Assembly: GCA_963726175.1 (NCBI GenBank)
Contig: CAVSBM010000008.1
Coordinates: 90,153-154,152, forward strand
From: an uncultured Chloroflexia bacterium
GTDB lineage: Bacteria > Chloroflexota > Dehalococcoidia > GIF9 > AB-539-J10
DNA: 64,000 bases
Direction of reading: 5' to 3'
The notes under the pieces: generated by a model
Seen by the model: the letters and a program-made list of their open reading frames with translations, nothing else
Told to the model about the DNA's origin: nothing
The model's database searches: none
In this document: one piece after another, positions 49,855 through 60,227 of the stretch
How the letters are laid out: each line of letters starts with the position of its first letter
Numbering within the stretch: position 1 is the first letter of the stretch
Position numbers and translations under genes: made by a program

Positions 49855-51267
49855 TTGGATTTTATTCTGATGGAGCTAAGACCTTATCAACTGGAAGTGG
49901 CGCGGGCGGTTATGGACTCTATCCAGAAAGGAATGGGCTTGACCTTTTCCGTGGAGATCGCCAGGCAAGGAGGCAAAAACGAGCTCTCGGCACATCTGGA
50001 GGTCCTGCTGTTGACGTTGTATATGGCCAGGGGAGGCAACATCGTAAAATGCTCACCAACCTTCAAGCCTCAGACCGTTATATCCATGGAAAGGTTGAAA
50101 CAGAGGCTGGACGATTTCGGCTTTGACGGCATTTATCGTCCCCAGATGGGCTATATTGTCCAGCTCGGCAACTCCAAAGTCGTCTTTCTGTCGGCTGAAG
50201 GCTCGTCTTCTGTGGTGGGACACACGGCAGACATACTGCTGGAGATTGATGAATCGCAAGATGTCGGTAAGGACAAGTACACGAAAGAATTCCGCCCCAT
50301 GGGTTCGGCGACCAACGTGACCACGATTCTTTATGGCACTACCTGGGATGATAGCACCTTGCTGGAAGAGATGAAGCAGGCTAATCTAGAACTGGAGAGA
50401 AGGGACGGCATCAAGCGCCACTTTAGATATGATTGGCAGGAAGTGGGTCGCTACAATCCTGACTATCTGAGATTCGTCCAATCCGAGCGAGAAAGACTGG
50501 GCGAAGACCATCCCCTGTTCAGGACTCAGTATGCATTGTTGCCTGTTACTCGCGGTGGCGGCTTCCTATCCCGACAGCAGATAGCTCTCATGCTGGGAGC
50601 ACACCAGCGGCGATCGCAACCTGATGGAAAGAGAACCTATATTGCTGGCATAGACCTGGCCGGGGAGCACGAGTCGGAAATGATAGGTTGGGGTGGGTCT
50701 GGCGCTAGTATGGTAAAGGGTCATGATTCCTCAGTAATCACGATTGCTGAGGTGGATGCCGCCGACACTTCGACTTTGCTCAGGGTAAGCCCATCGCTGC
50801 CACTGCTGAGAGTTGTGGAGCAATACCGGTGGACGGGCACGCCCCACAGCCAGCTTTATACGCAGATGACGAATATCCTCAAAAATGTCTGGAACTGCCA
50901 GAGGATTGTGGTGGATGCCACCGGCATTGGTCAGCCTGTGGCCAGCTTTCTCAGACAAGAGCTGGGGAGCCGGGTCATCCCATTGGTCATTACATCCAGG
51001 AGCAAGTCCGACATGGGCTTTGAGCTATTATCCTTTGTCAACTCCGGGAGGCTTAAGCTCTATGAGCAAGATGGCTCGCCAGAGTATAGAGAGACCCTGT
51101 TCGAGCTGGAAAGAGCCAGCGCTCAATATCGCCCGAACCAAACGATGAACTTCTATGTTGACCCTCAAGAGGGGCATGATGATTTTCTCGTGAGCTTGGC
51201 TCTGGTGGTGCAGGCCGCCAAAGGTTTCAGCTCAAGGGAAGCCAAAGGTTGGCTCAGAGAGAGCTAG
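49855..51267 (+). CDS. Phage terminase large subunit
   Basis: ARQGGKNE (Walker A-like), LLEIDESQD (Walker B) and nuclease-half acidic motifs GIDLAG, VVDATGIG and GHDDFLVSLAL. Confidence 0.8.
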   Translation: MDFILMELRPYQLEVARAVMDSIQKGMGLTFSVEIARQGGKNELSAHLEVLLLTLYMARGGNIVKCSPTFKPQTVISMERLKQRLDDFGFDGIYRPQMGYIVQLGNSKVVFLSAEGSSSVVGHTADILLEIDESQDVGKDKYTKEFRPMGSATNVTTILYGTTWDDSTLLEEMKQANLELERRDGIKRHFRYDWQEVGRYNPDYLRFVQSERERLGEDHPLFRTQYALLPVTRGGGFLSRQQIALMLGAHQRRSQPDGKRTYIAGIDLAGEHESEMIGWGGSGASMVKGHDSSVITIAEVDAADTSTLLRVSPSLPLLRVVEQYRWTGTPHSQLYTQMTNILKNVWNCQRIVVDATGIGQPVASFLRQELGSRVIPLVITSRSKSDMGFELLSFVNSGRLKLYEQDGSPEYRETLFELERASAQYRPNQTMNFYVDPQEGHDDFLVSLALVVQAAKGFSSREAKGWLRES

Positions 51268-51327
51268 GCGCCTCTCTCACGTCATTCCCTTTCGTTTGTC
51301 ATCGCGAGCGGAGCGTGGCAATCACCT

Positions 51328-52917
51328 TTAATAGTAACGTGGTGTTCTTTTCCTTATTACGAAAAAGTAAACCAGGGCGCCGATGAGTACCGCTATGGCA
51401 GCGAGGATAACAATGAATCCCCACATAGGCAAGAGTCCGGCTCGGAAGGAATAAGCCGTGGTCCAGTTGCCTGCGTTGTCTGCTCTATCTACTGCTTGCA
51501 CAATCCAGTAGTAGGTGCCGTAAAGCAAGGCTTGTGTCGCATTCAGGGTGTAGTTCGTAGTGACTAAGCTGGGAACCGAAAATAGGGGTTCAGCGAATTC
51601 TCCGGTGCCGGTGACATTGGCACTGGTGGCTACCTGCAGGCTATAGCGGACTCCGCTCTCATCAGACACCGCTGACCATTCAAACGTCGGCGTCACCTTG
51701 CCTATGAGTCCTACCCGGCTTCCGTCCAGTGGTGAATTGAGTGTCGGTATACCTGGCGCCTTTGATTCCATGGTAAAGGTCGCGGTGGCCTCGTTCTCCG
51801 CAGCATCCTTGGCTGCTACCTGGTGCTCGCCATGTCGGCTCTCAGGCACGACAAAACTTACATCGAAGCTGCCTTTGTTGTCGGTCGTGTCTGTGGCTTT
51901 CTGCCTGCCATCGTACATTATATTCACATCCTTGTTGGCGGCAAATCCGCGGCCGGTGACGCTCAGGTTCATGCCTACATATCCCTGGACAGCGGACAGC
52001 ACAATGTCAGGCTTTATGGCGAAGCTGTGCGCACTGACGGACTCTTTGGGAGTCGATTCTCCGTAAGCGGTGACGCTATACGTGCCTTTGGGCATGTCAG
52101 GCACGTCGAAGTCTTTGTCCCAGTGACCGTTGGCGTCAGCGTCAACCCTCGTTTCCGTGTTCACTTCCTTGCCCGCAAATAATATCGTCATGTCCCTCTC
52201 GTTAGCCGCAAATCCATTGCCCGTCACGGTTATGCTTTCGCCAACGCTGCCTGATAATTTACTCAGACTTATCCCCGGCGTTACTTCGAAGGTGGCATCC
52301 TCAACCGCAGAAAGGGTGCTGTTAGCTCCCTTGGCGTCTATCTTATAGCTTCCCTTGGCGGAAGCGGGAATCACGAAACTCCTTGTCCACCAGCCATAGT
52401 CATCCGCTTCGATATTCGTTGCTTTTGGTGTGTAGTTGCTGCTATTGAGATAATACCTCAGCTCGATGTCTCCCTCATCCTTGGCAAAACCATGCCCTTC
52501 CACGATAACATTAGTGCCCACAGGGCCTTTTTGGGGGCTTACGGTCAACCCCGGCTTGACCGTGAAGTTGCCGGTAGCATGAGGGTGGTGGCGTGTCATG
52601 TAGGCGCGCACCTCGTGGTCTCCCCTGTAGCTTTCGGGAATGGTGAAGGTGACCTGTGAAACTTCTCTCGTGTGGTGACCCGTTTTTCTGTTCCCCAATC
52701 CTGTTAGTGGTGATAGTGGCGTCCAGATAGTAGTAAATATCAACCCACTTATCAGCCGTAAAATTGTTGCCACTGGACGGTAACATTCGTTCCGGGAACT
52801 CCATTGTCGGGGAAGAGCGTGATAAGAGCGCCATCCGGCTTGTACGGGCGCAGCCGGCAGGCCTATAGCTACAAGGCAGAGGGCGAGAATAACCAGCAGT
52901 CGAAACAGTAAGCGCAT
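51328..52917 (-). pseudogene. Membrane-anchored surface protein with tandem Ig-like domains plus an FN3-like domain (paralog 1), N-terminal domain frame-disrupted
   Basis: Signal peptide MRLLFRLLVILALCLVAIGLPAAPVQA and a repeated GxGF(A)xxE... Ig-like unit. The C-terminus is ...YYWIVQAVD...LVYFFVIRKRTPRYY. Between ~52650 and 52850 the sequence homologous to paralog 2 (FTADKWVDIYY...) hops through three frames. Confidence 0.7.
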
Positions 52918-53100
52918 TTGACTTACCTCCTTCTGGCTATTATAAACGAAAATGCCACCGAAAAGTAAGTGTCGTATTGGCACTTTTGTGGCAAATCTAC
53001 CGGGAAAATCCCCCAAAGCGAGTGTTTATGGTCAACCGCACAAGTCATTACACGTCATAACTCTCCCTCCCCTGGCAGGAGGGAATTATGGGGAGGCGGG

Positions 53101-53140
53101 TTTCGCCCTCACCTTCATCCTCTCCCGTCAAGGGAGAGGA
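53101..53140 (+). repeat. Solo copy of the DUF559-cassette end repeat (family 2)
   Basis: TTTCGCCCTCACCTTCATCCTCTCCCGTCAAGGGAGAGGA. It is preceded by a second hairpin, TCCCTCC-CCTGGCA-GGAGGGA. Confidence 0.75.
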
Positions 53141-53302
53141 ATTCTGCACGAAGTCAGGTGGTTGACTTTAAGCTGCTCGCTAAGCTTCTTGTCTGGTGAA
53201 GTGGTCCGCAGGAGCGCATGAAGCGCAGAGGTTGCACTGCATCACTGCCAGCAAACCCTGGCAGTCCGATCGCAACCTTCGGCTCGCTTCTCTCCTCAAA
53301 TA

Positions 53303-53488
53303 TCACAAACCAAAAAAACTAACCTTCAGAAATGACACAATAGCAGTGAACACAATATTAAGATAGAGAAAGACAATAAGAAGCCCAATATACAAGAATT
53401 TGAGAGCGATGATTAGCATACCAATGATGGACATACTAATGTCATAAGCGTAACGCTCCCGGAAGTAAATCGCAACACCCACAGCCAC
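53303..53488 (-). CDS. Small AT-rich 2-TM hypothetical membrane protein
   Basis: 61-aa hydrophobic ORF with visibly lower GC than its surroundings. It has a GTG start and no clear SD. Confidence 0.3.
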   Translation of the reverse strand: MAVGVAIYFRERYAYDISMSIIGMLIIALKFLYIGLLIVFLYLNIVFTAIVSFLKVSFFGL

Positions 53489-53666
53489 TAGAAGCGAGAC
53501 GGAATACAGGACGCCACCTGTGTATTATTTATCACCGAGAGCGAAGCATGGCAATCCTGCCCCACCGAGATTGCTTCGGTTGCCTGAACTTAGTCTTGCA
53601 ATGACACACGCCACGTCATTGCGAGCGCCTGAAAGGTGTGGCGATGTCCCAACAGGGGGCGCTGCT

Positions 53667-55226
53667 TTATTCGTAATAATGTATTCTTCTCCTTATTACG
53701 AAAAAGTAAACCAGGGCGCCCACGAGCACCACTATTGCGACGATGCTAACAATGAATGCCCACTTAGGCAGGAGTCCCACCCTGAAAGAGTAAGCCGTGC
53801 TCCAGGGGCTTTCGTTCTCTGCTCCATCCACGGCTTGCACAATCCAGTAGTAGGTGCCATCAGGCAAGGCTTCTGTCTCCTCCATGGTGTAGTTCGTTCC
53901 TACCAAGCCTTTAACTGAGACTATGGGGTCAACGAATTCTCCCGTGGTGGTGATATTGCCACTGGTCGCTATCTGAAGGCGATAGCGAACTCCGCTCTCA
54001 TCGGATACCGCTGACCACCGGAACGTCGGACTCGCGCTGCCTGTGAATCCCACCCAGCTTCCCTTGAACGGTGAGATGAGTGTGGGTACGGGTGGGGGGT
54101 CTGATTCCACGGTGAGAATAGCGCTGGCGTGGTTTTCTCCAGCATATCCGGCTGCCACCCGGTGCTCACCATGTGAGCTCTCAGGCACGAGAAAACTTGC
54201 ATTATCGAAGCTGCCCTTGTCGCTGGTTGTAGCTGTCGCCTTCTGGCTACCATCGTACATTATGATCACGTCTGTGCTGGCGGCAAATCCGTGGCCAGTG
54301 ACGGTTAAGTTCATGCCCACATGTCCTTCGCCGGGGGGCAACACAATGCCCGGCTTTATCTCGAACCTGACCGCCACAGTGTCTTCTCTCGGGGTCATTG
54401 CTCCCCCGGCGGTGACGTTATAAGTGCCAGAGGGCATCTCGGGCACCTTAAAGCTTTCCTCCCAGTATCCTTGGCCGTCGGCATTGATGCCTGTGAGCGC
54501 GGTCTCTCCATCAAATAGTATTTGGATGCCCTTTTCGTAAGCCGTAAATGCGCTGCCCCTCATCGTTACGCTGTCGCCCACCATGCCCGATGATTTGTCC
54601 AGGCTTATCTCCGCTGTTACTCTGAAGGTGGCATCCTTGACCTCGAAAAGCTGGCTCTCATGACCTTGGGCGTCTAGCTTAAGTTCTCCCCTGGTGGATG
54701 GGGGGATTGGGAAACTGATCTCCCAACTGCCCCTGGTATTCGCCAGGATATGCCTGTCTATCGTCTCGTAGTTGCTGCCATTGAGGTAATACCTCAGGTC
54801 GATGTCCTGTTCATTCTTGGCAAAGCCCCGTCCTTTTACGGTAACATTAGTGCCCACAGGACCTTTTTCAGGGCTCACCATCAACCCTGGCCTCACGGTG
54901 AAGTAAGTATCTACTGTGGTATACCCTAGGTCGGCGAGCACCTGGTACTGTCCCGTGCAGCCTTCGGGGATGGTGAAGGCAAGCGTGAACTCTCCATTAG
55001 CGTCGGTCCTGTTTGTGGCGCTTCTGGTTCCGTCATAATAGATGTCCACAAGCTTGCCGGCAGTAAAATCATGGCCATAGACCGTGAGCTCTGTCCCTGG
55101 GACCCCGGACTTGGGGGAAAGCTCGATGCTGTAAGGTACGCACGCGGCTTGTGCGGGCACAAATGGCAGAGCAACGGCTATGAGGCAAGTAAGAAGGACA
55201 ACTAGAAATCGGCATAGCCAGCGCAT
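53667..55226 (-). CDS. Membrane-anchored surface protein with tandem Ig-like domains plus an FN3-like domain (paralog 2, intact)
   Basis: 519 aa with signal peptide ...ALPFVPAQA. Repeats of the type VSPEKGPVGTNVTVKGRGFAKNEQDIDL, then PTFRWSAVSDESGVRYRLQIA...GTYYWIVQAVD, a TM helix and an RRRIHYYE tail. Confidence 0.75.
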   Translation of the reverse strand: MRWLCRFLVVLLTCLIAVALPFVPAQAACVPYSIELSPKSGVPGTELTVYGHDFTAGKLVDIYYDGTRSATNRTDANGEFTLAFTIPEGCTGQYQVLADLGYTTVDTYFTVRPGLMVSPEKGPVGTNVTVKGRGFAKNEQDIDLRYYLNGSNYETIDRHILANTRGSWEISFPIPPSTRGELKLDAQGHESQLFEVKDATFRVTAEISLDKSSGMVGDSVTMRGSAFTAYEKGIQILFDGETALTGINADGQGYWEESFKVPEMPSGTYNVTAGGAMTPREDTVAVRFEIKPGIVLPPGEGHVGMNLTVTGHGFAASTDVIIMYDGSQKATATTSDKGSFDNASFLVPESSHGEHRVAAGYAGENHASAILTVESDPPPVPTLISPFKGSWVGFTGSASPTFRWSAVSDESGVRYRLQIATSGNITTTGEFVDPIVSVKGLVGTNYTMEETEALPDGTYYWIVQAVDGAENESPWSTAYSFRVGLLPKWAFIVSIVAIVVLVGALVYFFVIRRRIHYYE

Positions 55227-55315
55227 TTGACTGTTGTGATTATAACCGAAAATGCCACATTAAGTAAATTACAAATGACAAAACCCAAATGCCAAAGCAA
55301 TGACAAATCTAGACT

Positions 55316-55376
55316 ATTGTGGTGCGACCCTTCAGGGTCGTGCCCCCATGCACGAGGCTGAAGCCTCGCACTACAT
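55316..55376. repeat. Double-hairpin REP-like element (family 1)
   Basis: ATTGTGGTGCGACCCTTCAGGGTCGTGCCCCCATGCACGAGGCTGAAGCCTCGCACTACAT. Confidence 0.8.
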
Positions 55377-55398
55377 GAAGACGTTATGCGGGAATAAG

Positions 55399-55427
55399 AA
55401 AGGGGGCGACTTAGAGTCGCCCCCTTT
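55399..55427 (-). terminator. Rho-independent terminator after the 1144-aa ORF surface-protein gene
   Basis: Perfect 12-bp stem AAAGGGGGCGAC-TTAGA-GTCGCCCCCTTT, followed on the minus strand by CTTATTCC. It lies 28 nt past the stop. Confidence 0.75.
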
Positions 55428-55454
55428 CGGGAATTCGGGATTAAGGGAGTGTTA

Positions 55455-58400
55455 TCACACCCGACGAGTCCTGAAGATGAGTACTATGACCACAATCACC
55501 AGGATCGCGCCAATGGCGATAACTATCCAGACCCACATTGGGGTTCCCGGTTGTTTGTGCACCGAATCATAGTGAGCTTGCAGTGCCGCCTGAGTGTCGA
55601 AGCACAGACCATCATGTGGACATCGATAGAGACAGGGACTGGTCGGCGCTGTGGTGAAGGAACCTACGGGGCTCGTGCTTAGTAGAGCGCCACCCTTGTA
55701 GGCTTTTACCTGCCAGTAATAGGGGGTGCCCCACTCCAGCGTCTTGGTGCAGGTGTAGGCTGGGCTGGTCAACCCGGTCACGCTTTCGACAGGGTTGGAC
55801 AGGTCAGCATTCTTCGACAGCACCCAGTCGTACTTATCAGCATTCGCTATCACGTCCCAGGTGAAGGGCACCTTTGCTATACCGATGTCTTGGGCTCCGG
55901 ACGCAGGACCGCCCATGTGGACGGCGCCCGCTGCCACACTGGGGGCAACTGTGAACTTCACCGGCGCGGACCACCAGCTGTGGATTACCTGACAGGTGCC
56001 AGACTCTGAGGCTCTCACTCTCACGTAGTAGTTCATTTCACAGGAAAGCCTTCCGGCTTCTCCTCCCGTGACGGAGAAGCTGGGGTTGTCTCCGGTGCCC
56101 ATCGCGCCACCCACGGCTACTGGCATGGTGAAGTCTTCATCCAGCGCGAACTCGATTTCGAACTGGCAGGCATCGCAGAGGCAGTCCCATGTGACGCTGA
56201 ACGGCGCGCTGTAGCATGTGCAGGGGTCAGCAGGCACGACCGCAGGCATGGTCAGTTCAGGAGCCTTCTTGGCATAACAGTCATCGAAGGTCCAGACCGT
56301 GCCGTCTTTGCCCTGGCACATGTCGTAGCTGGGACACGCTGACTCGCATGGAAGCCCGTCGTCGGTATGGCTAAGGCCGTCAATGGCGAAGAGCTTGGTG
56401 TCGGTAGTCGCGTCCTTGCAGCCGCAGATCTTGAGCGCGTACGGCGCCATGGTGAATAGCTCCTCGGCGGTGAGCGGCACAATCAAGTAGTCCCAGGTTA
56501 CACAGGTCTTGCAGGCCGAGGTCTCGTTGGGATTGAGAGAGCGAGCCACGCCGGTGAATGTGCACCCGTTGTATGTGCAGGCTTCACCGCCATAGCATTC
56601 CTCACCATATATGTAGCTGGCGTAGAGGACTCCGCCGGTCTCAGCGCTGGTCTTGGGGTTGCCTCCCAGGCGTCCCAGCACCAGGCCGGTGTAGGCGTAA
56701 TGCATAGCGCCGAGGTCTTGCCAGGAAACGCTCTTGTCAATGACCCAGCGGTAGATGCCGCCTAACTCTCCATCATTCGAATCGAGTACGCCGTTGCAAT
56801 ATGAGGTTGCGCCCAGCCCATCTACGGCAGCGTAGATTGTGTCGTTGGTGTCAAAGTAGCTATCAAAGGCCACAGTGACCCTGCCCACGATGGGAGTCGC
56901 CTTCTCAATCTTGGTGAAGGTCGCACCTCCATCGTCGGAGTAGGAGACTTCTCCCTTCGCGTCGCCAACGAGTACATCTACATTGGTTGCGTTGTTGCCA
57001 TGAACGGCGATGGTCCAACCACAAACCAGGCTGTCCACCGGCTTATCCCAGCTACAAGCATACTCGTCAGCCATGGCGACCTTGCCATCGGAGCTCAGAG
57101 CATAAATAGTCTGGTTGTCTTTGACCGCCAGGTCCACGATGTTATCTATCTTGGGCCGGCCGCAGTCCTCGTCGCTGTTCCAGCATGCCAGGCCTTCCAT
57201 TTCGTTCCAGTAGACGGTAGTGGTCATGCGGTCAACGAGATACACGATATAGCCCATCTCGCTCTCCGCATCGCCATTGACAGGGGGAGCTAGCCTGAGC
57301 AGACCGCGCTGCGGATAGTCCGGAAAGTCAGCAGCGTTATTGCCCTCGAGCTGGCCGCACCAGGTCCTCAGCCAGTGGCCGTCGTAGCCAATAGCGTCAT
57401 CGCCGTATCCCGCTTCGGGATAGCTCACGGCATGCAGCCAAACGCTGTCGCACTCGCAGGCGCAGTCGCCCTCGTTGTAGCTAATATCTACTTTGTGGAC
57501 GTTGGCGCTGACCAGCATGGTCTTGTTGCAGTCGGGCGATACAGCGACATCCGACAGATAGTCAATCTTGGTATCGATAAGGCTGACCTGGTTCCAGGTA
57601 TCTCCGTCGTCGAAGCTTACCGACCAGGCGCCCTCGTCATAACAAGTGTGCGAGGGGTCCTTGGCAACAGCATAAGCCTTGTCTTCGCTTACGTAGAATG
57701 CCGCCATGACACCTGCCCCGGTGGGCGGCTTGCAGGCCTTCAGCCAGGGCTCACAGGTTCCGCAGAGATCCATATTCTTGATGGTACCTATGCGATAGAC
57801 CTGGACGTCAAAGCACTGGATGCCCTCGCCGCAATTCCCTTCGGGGTCCATGAGGCCGGCGATAGCCTTACCTTCGGCTCTGTAGCCCTGATAAGATACG
57901 TGGGTCAGCCAGGGCTTGCCCTCTATTTGCATCCCGATGGGGTTCTTGTTGTCGCCTTTCACGTAGTATATCTCGCCTACTTTAGTGGAGCCGTCTTTGT
58001 AGTTCACCCAGACCCAGAGCCATCTCGTGTCGGCCTTGGTGCCTGAGTAGTCCAGGGGCAGGGTTACGCCCGCTGTTGCTCCTCCAGAGTTCCATGGGAT
58101 GGTTTTGCCTGTAACTATGGCCTTGTTCTTCCAGATTGGGGTTTCTCCCCACGTGCCGGTTTGCAGGTAAACATCGGTGGCGTTAGCAGTGACAGCCACG
58201 ATGGTGTGATCCGTCTCCCAGCTGGGGCTGAACCGGATGTCGGCGACCAGCTTGCAACTCAGCCAGCCAGGATAGTCAGCTGTCTTGGATGTATCTTCCC
58301 AGACTCCCTCGACATAACGGAAGATTTTGCCCACGTTGCCGGCGGGACCACTGATGGCGAGCTCACGGACATTGTCCACGGCCGGGGAGACTTCGAGGTC

Positions 58401-58968
58401 AATCACGTCGTCGAGGCCCGTGATTGTGGCGGTGTCTTTGAAAGTCGAGCCGCCGTCGGTGGAAGCGAACACATAGAGCTTGCCGTCTGTCAGAGTGAGG
58501 GCGACATACACGTAGTTGGGGTCGGCAGCGTCGCAGGCCACCTGTAGCAGCTCAGTAATATTGTTGCCAGCGAACTTCTTGTCAATCAGCGTCTTTATTG
58601 CCTTGGTGACGCTCTCCCAGGTGGCGGCGCCGTCATCGGACTTCAACAGGTACCAGGGGCCCTGTGTTTCATTACCCGTGCAGGTAACGCAGCCAGGGCA
58701 CTCAGCGTATTTTTCACTGTACACGATGGCATAGGCTTCCTCTCCACCGGCAGCGACAGCAAAGTCCACGATTACGGAACAAGGTGCCAGAACCCAGTCC
58801 GCTTCAGTTGGAGTCGAGACCTTGCTCCACTTGGCGTCGGGGGCATCCGCACAGTTAGCCGCGCTGACCTGCTGGGCGGGTGCCGCCAATAATAATCAAG
58901 CTCATGGCCAGTGCTGCGGCGATGAGTATATACATCGCCCTCACTGACCATGCTCTTTCCTTAATCAT
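55455..58968 (-). CDS. Large Cys-rich BNR/Asp-box beta-propeller surface protein with FN3-like domains and a C-terminal TM anchor
   Basis: Asp-boxes SDDGAATW, STDGGSTF, SFDDGDTW and SDDGGATF. The C-terminus is ...YYWQVKAY...CLYRCPHDGLCFDTQAALQAHYDSVH followed by a TM segment and RTRRV. The signal peptide MIKERAWSVRAMYILIAAALAMSLIII (ATG 58968, SD AAAGGAGG) is one frame off the 1144-aa ORF, with an indel near 58890. Confidence 0.75.
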
Positions 58969-59100
58969 TATTTTGTTTCCTCCTTTATAGGTATCTAACT
59001 TATATTCACTCTTGCCCCAGGTCGACCCCTGGAGGCTTGAGTTCTTCGAAGTATTTTTCAGTAAACCTACTTCTAAGCCTGCCTCATGTCAGGCTGCCCG

Positions 59101-59140
59101 TTTCACCCTCACCTCAATCCTCTCCCTTCAAGGGCGAGGA
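59101..59140 (+). repeat. Solo copy of the family-2 repeat
   Basis: TTTCACCCTCACCTCAATCCTCTCCCTTCAAGGGCGAGGA. Confidence 0.75.
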
Positions 59141-59621
59141 CACAAGGTAAAAGGCATTTTCGCCCGGGCCAGGCATTCTTCTCTTCCCCTTGCGAATTCT
59201 TTCATAACTCCCCTGGCCCCTCTACTTCCTCAAATCTTAGGAAGGGGCGCAGGAGCCATGACAATTCGCTTCGGGACTTTGCCATAAGCATCACCTCCTT
59301 TTCTATTTCATTCAGTAATGTCATTCTGAGCAGCGCCGATTCATCGGGGATGGCACAGAATGACAGGCAAATGTCATGCAACGATATTCAATTGTTAACG
59401 TTCCACTCTATTCTCAGTTCAACACAAACAACTATCGCCCCCTTCTAGGGGTTTGCTAATACTTTAAAACTATTATGTCTATTTTGTCAATAGGTAAATG
59501 TGCCTGACTGCCAAAATAGCTTGGATTTATTATAGCAACCAGCTTTCATTTGTCAATATACCTGATATGGCGAGGCATGATGTAGAGTGCACAGGCCATG
59601 CCGCCGGACAATGCCAAATGC

Positions 59622-59885
59622 CCAAGCCCAAATGGCAAATCGAGCCCAAAACCCAAATTCAATATTGCAGTGCGACCCTTCAGGGTCGTGCACGAGGCCA
59701 AAGCCTCGCACTACATAAGGTGATGGATGCCGTGCTTGGTGACAAATGCCAAAGCCCAAAGTCCAAATCAAGCTCAGAGCCCAAGTTCAATATTGTAGTG
59801 CGACCCTTCAGGGTCGTGCACGAGGCTAAAGCCTCGCACTACATAAGGTGATGGAATGCCGGGCTTAATGACAAATGCCAAACAA
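59622..59885. repeat. Tandem repeat, ~128-bp unit x2 (plus a partial third), each unit containing one family-1 double hairpin
   Basis: The units start CAAATGCC(C)AAGCCCAAA...CAATATTG(C/T)AGTGCGACCCTTCAGGGTCGTGCACGAGGC(C/T)AAAGCCTCGCACTACATAAGGTGATGGA... The two copies are near-identical by eye. Confidence 0.8.
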
Positions 59886-60227
59886 ATTGGACAATCAAAA
59901 ACCAAAGGTGAAGAGGCAAAATGACAAACCAAGAAATGGGGAAATCTCAGGAAAAGGCAGCTCTACTGTCTGTCATTGTGAACATCGTTCGGCCCGCAAA
60001 TCCCCCCCAAGACTAAGAGGGGTCTAATGGGAGTTACGACCAAATACCTTTAGACTGTCATAACCCCCTTGTACCACTTATCTTAAGGGGGATATAGAAA
60101 GTAAGGATCCTATCTTAGGGGGGACGATCCGGGAAAGAATGCGAATCCGCGTCTCAGTGGTTCCCCTCTTAAGGTAAGAGGGGAAAGGGGAGTTATGGAG
60201 CAAAGGACCCCCTGCCGCCTCGAAGGC

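Noticed and set aside
59498-59851. 117-aa plus-strand ORF and 72-aa minus-strand ORF.
   Set aside because: They are pure read-through of the tandem REP-like repeats.
59622-59885. Possible CRISPR array, because of regularly spaced hairpin repeats.
   Set aside because: The whole 128-bp unit is duplicated, including the 'spacer' part. There are only about 2 units and no cas genes. It is a tandem duplication of a REP-like element.
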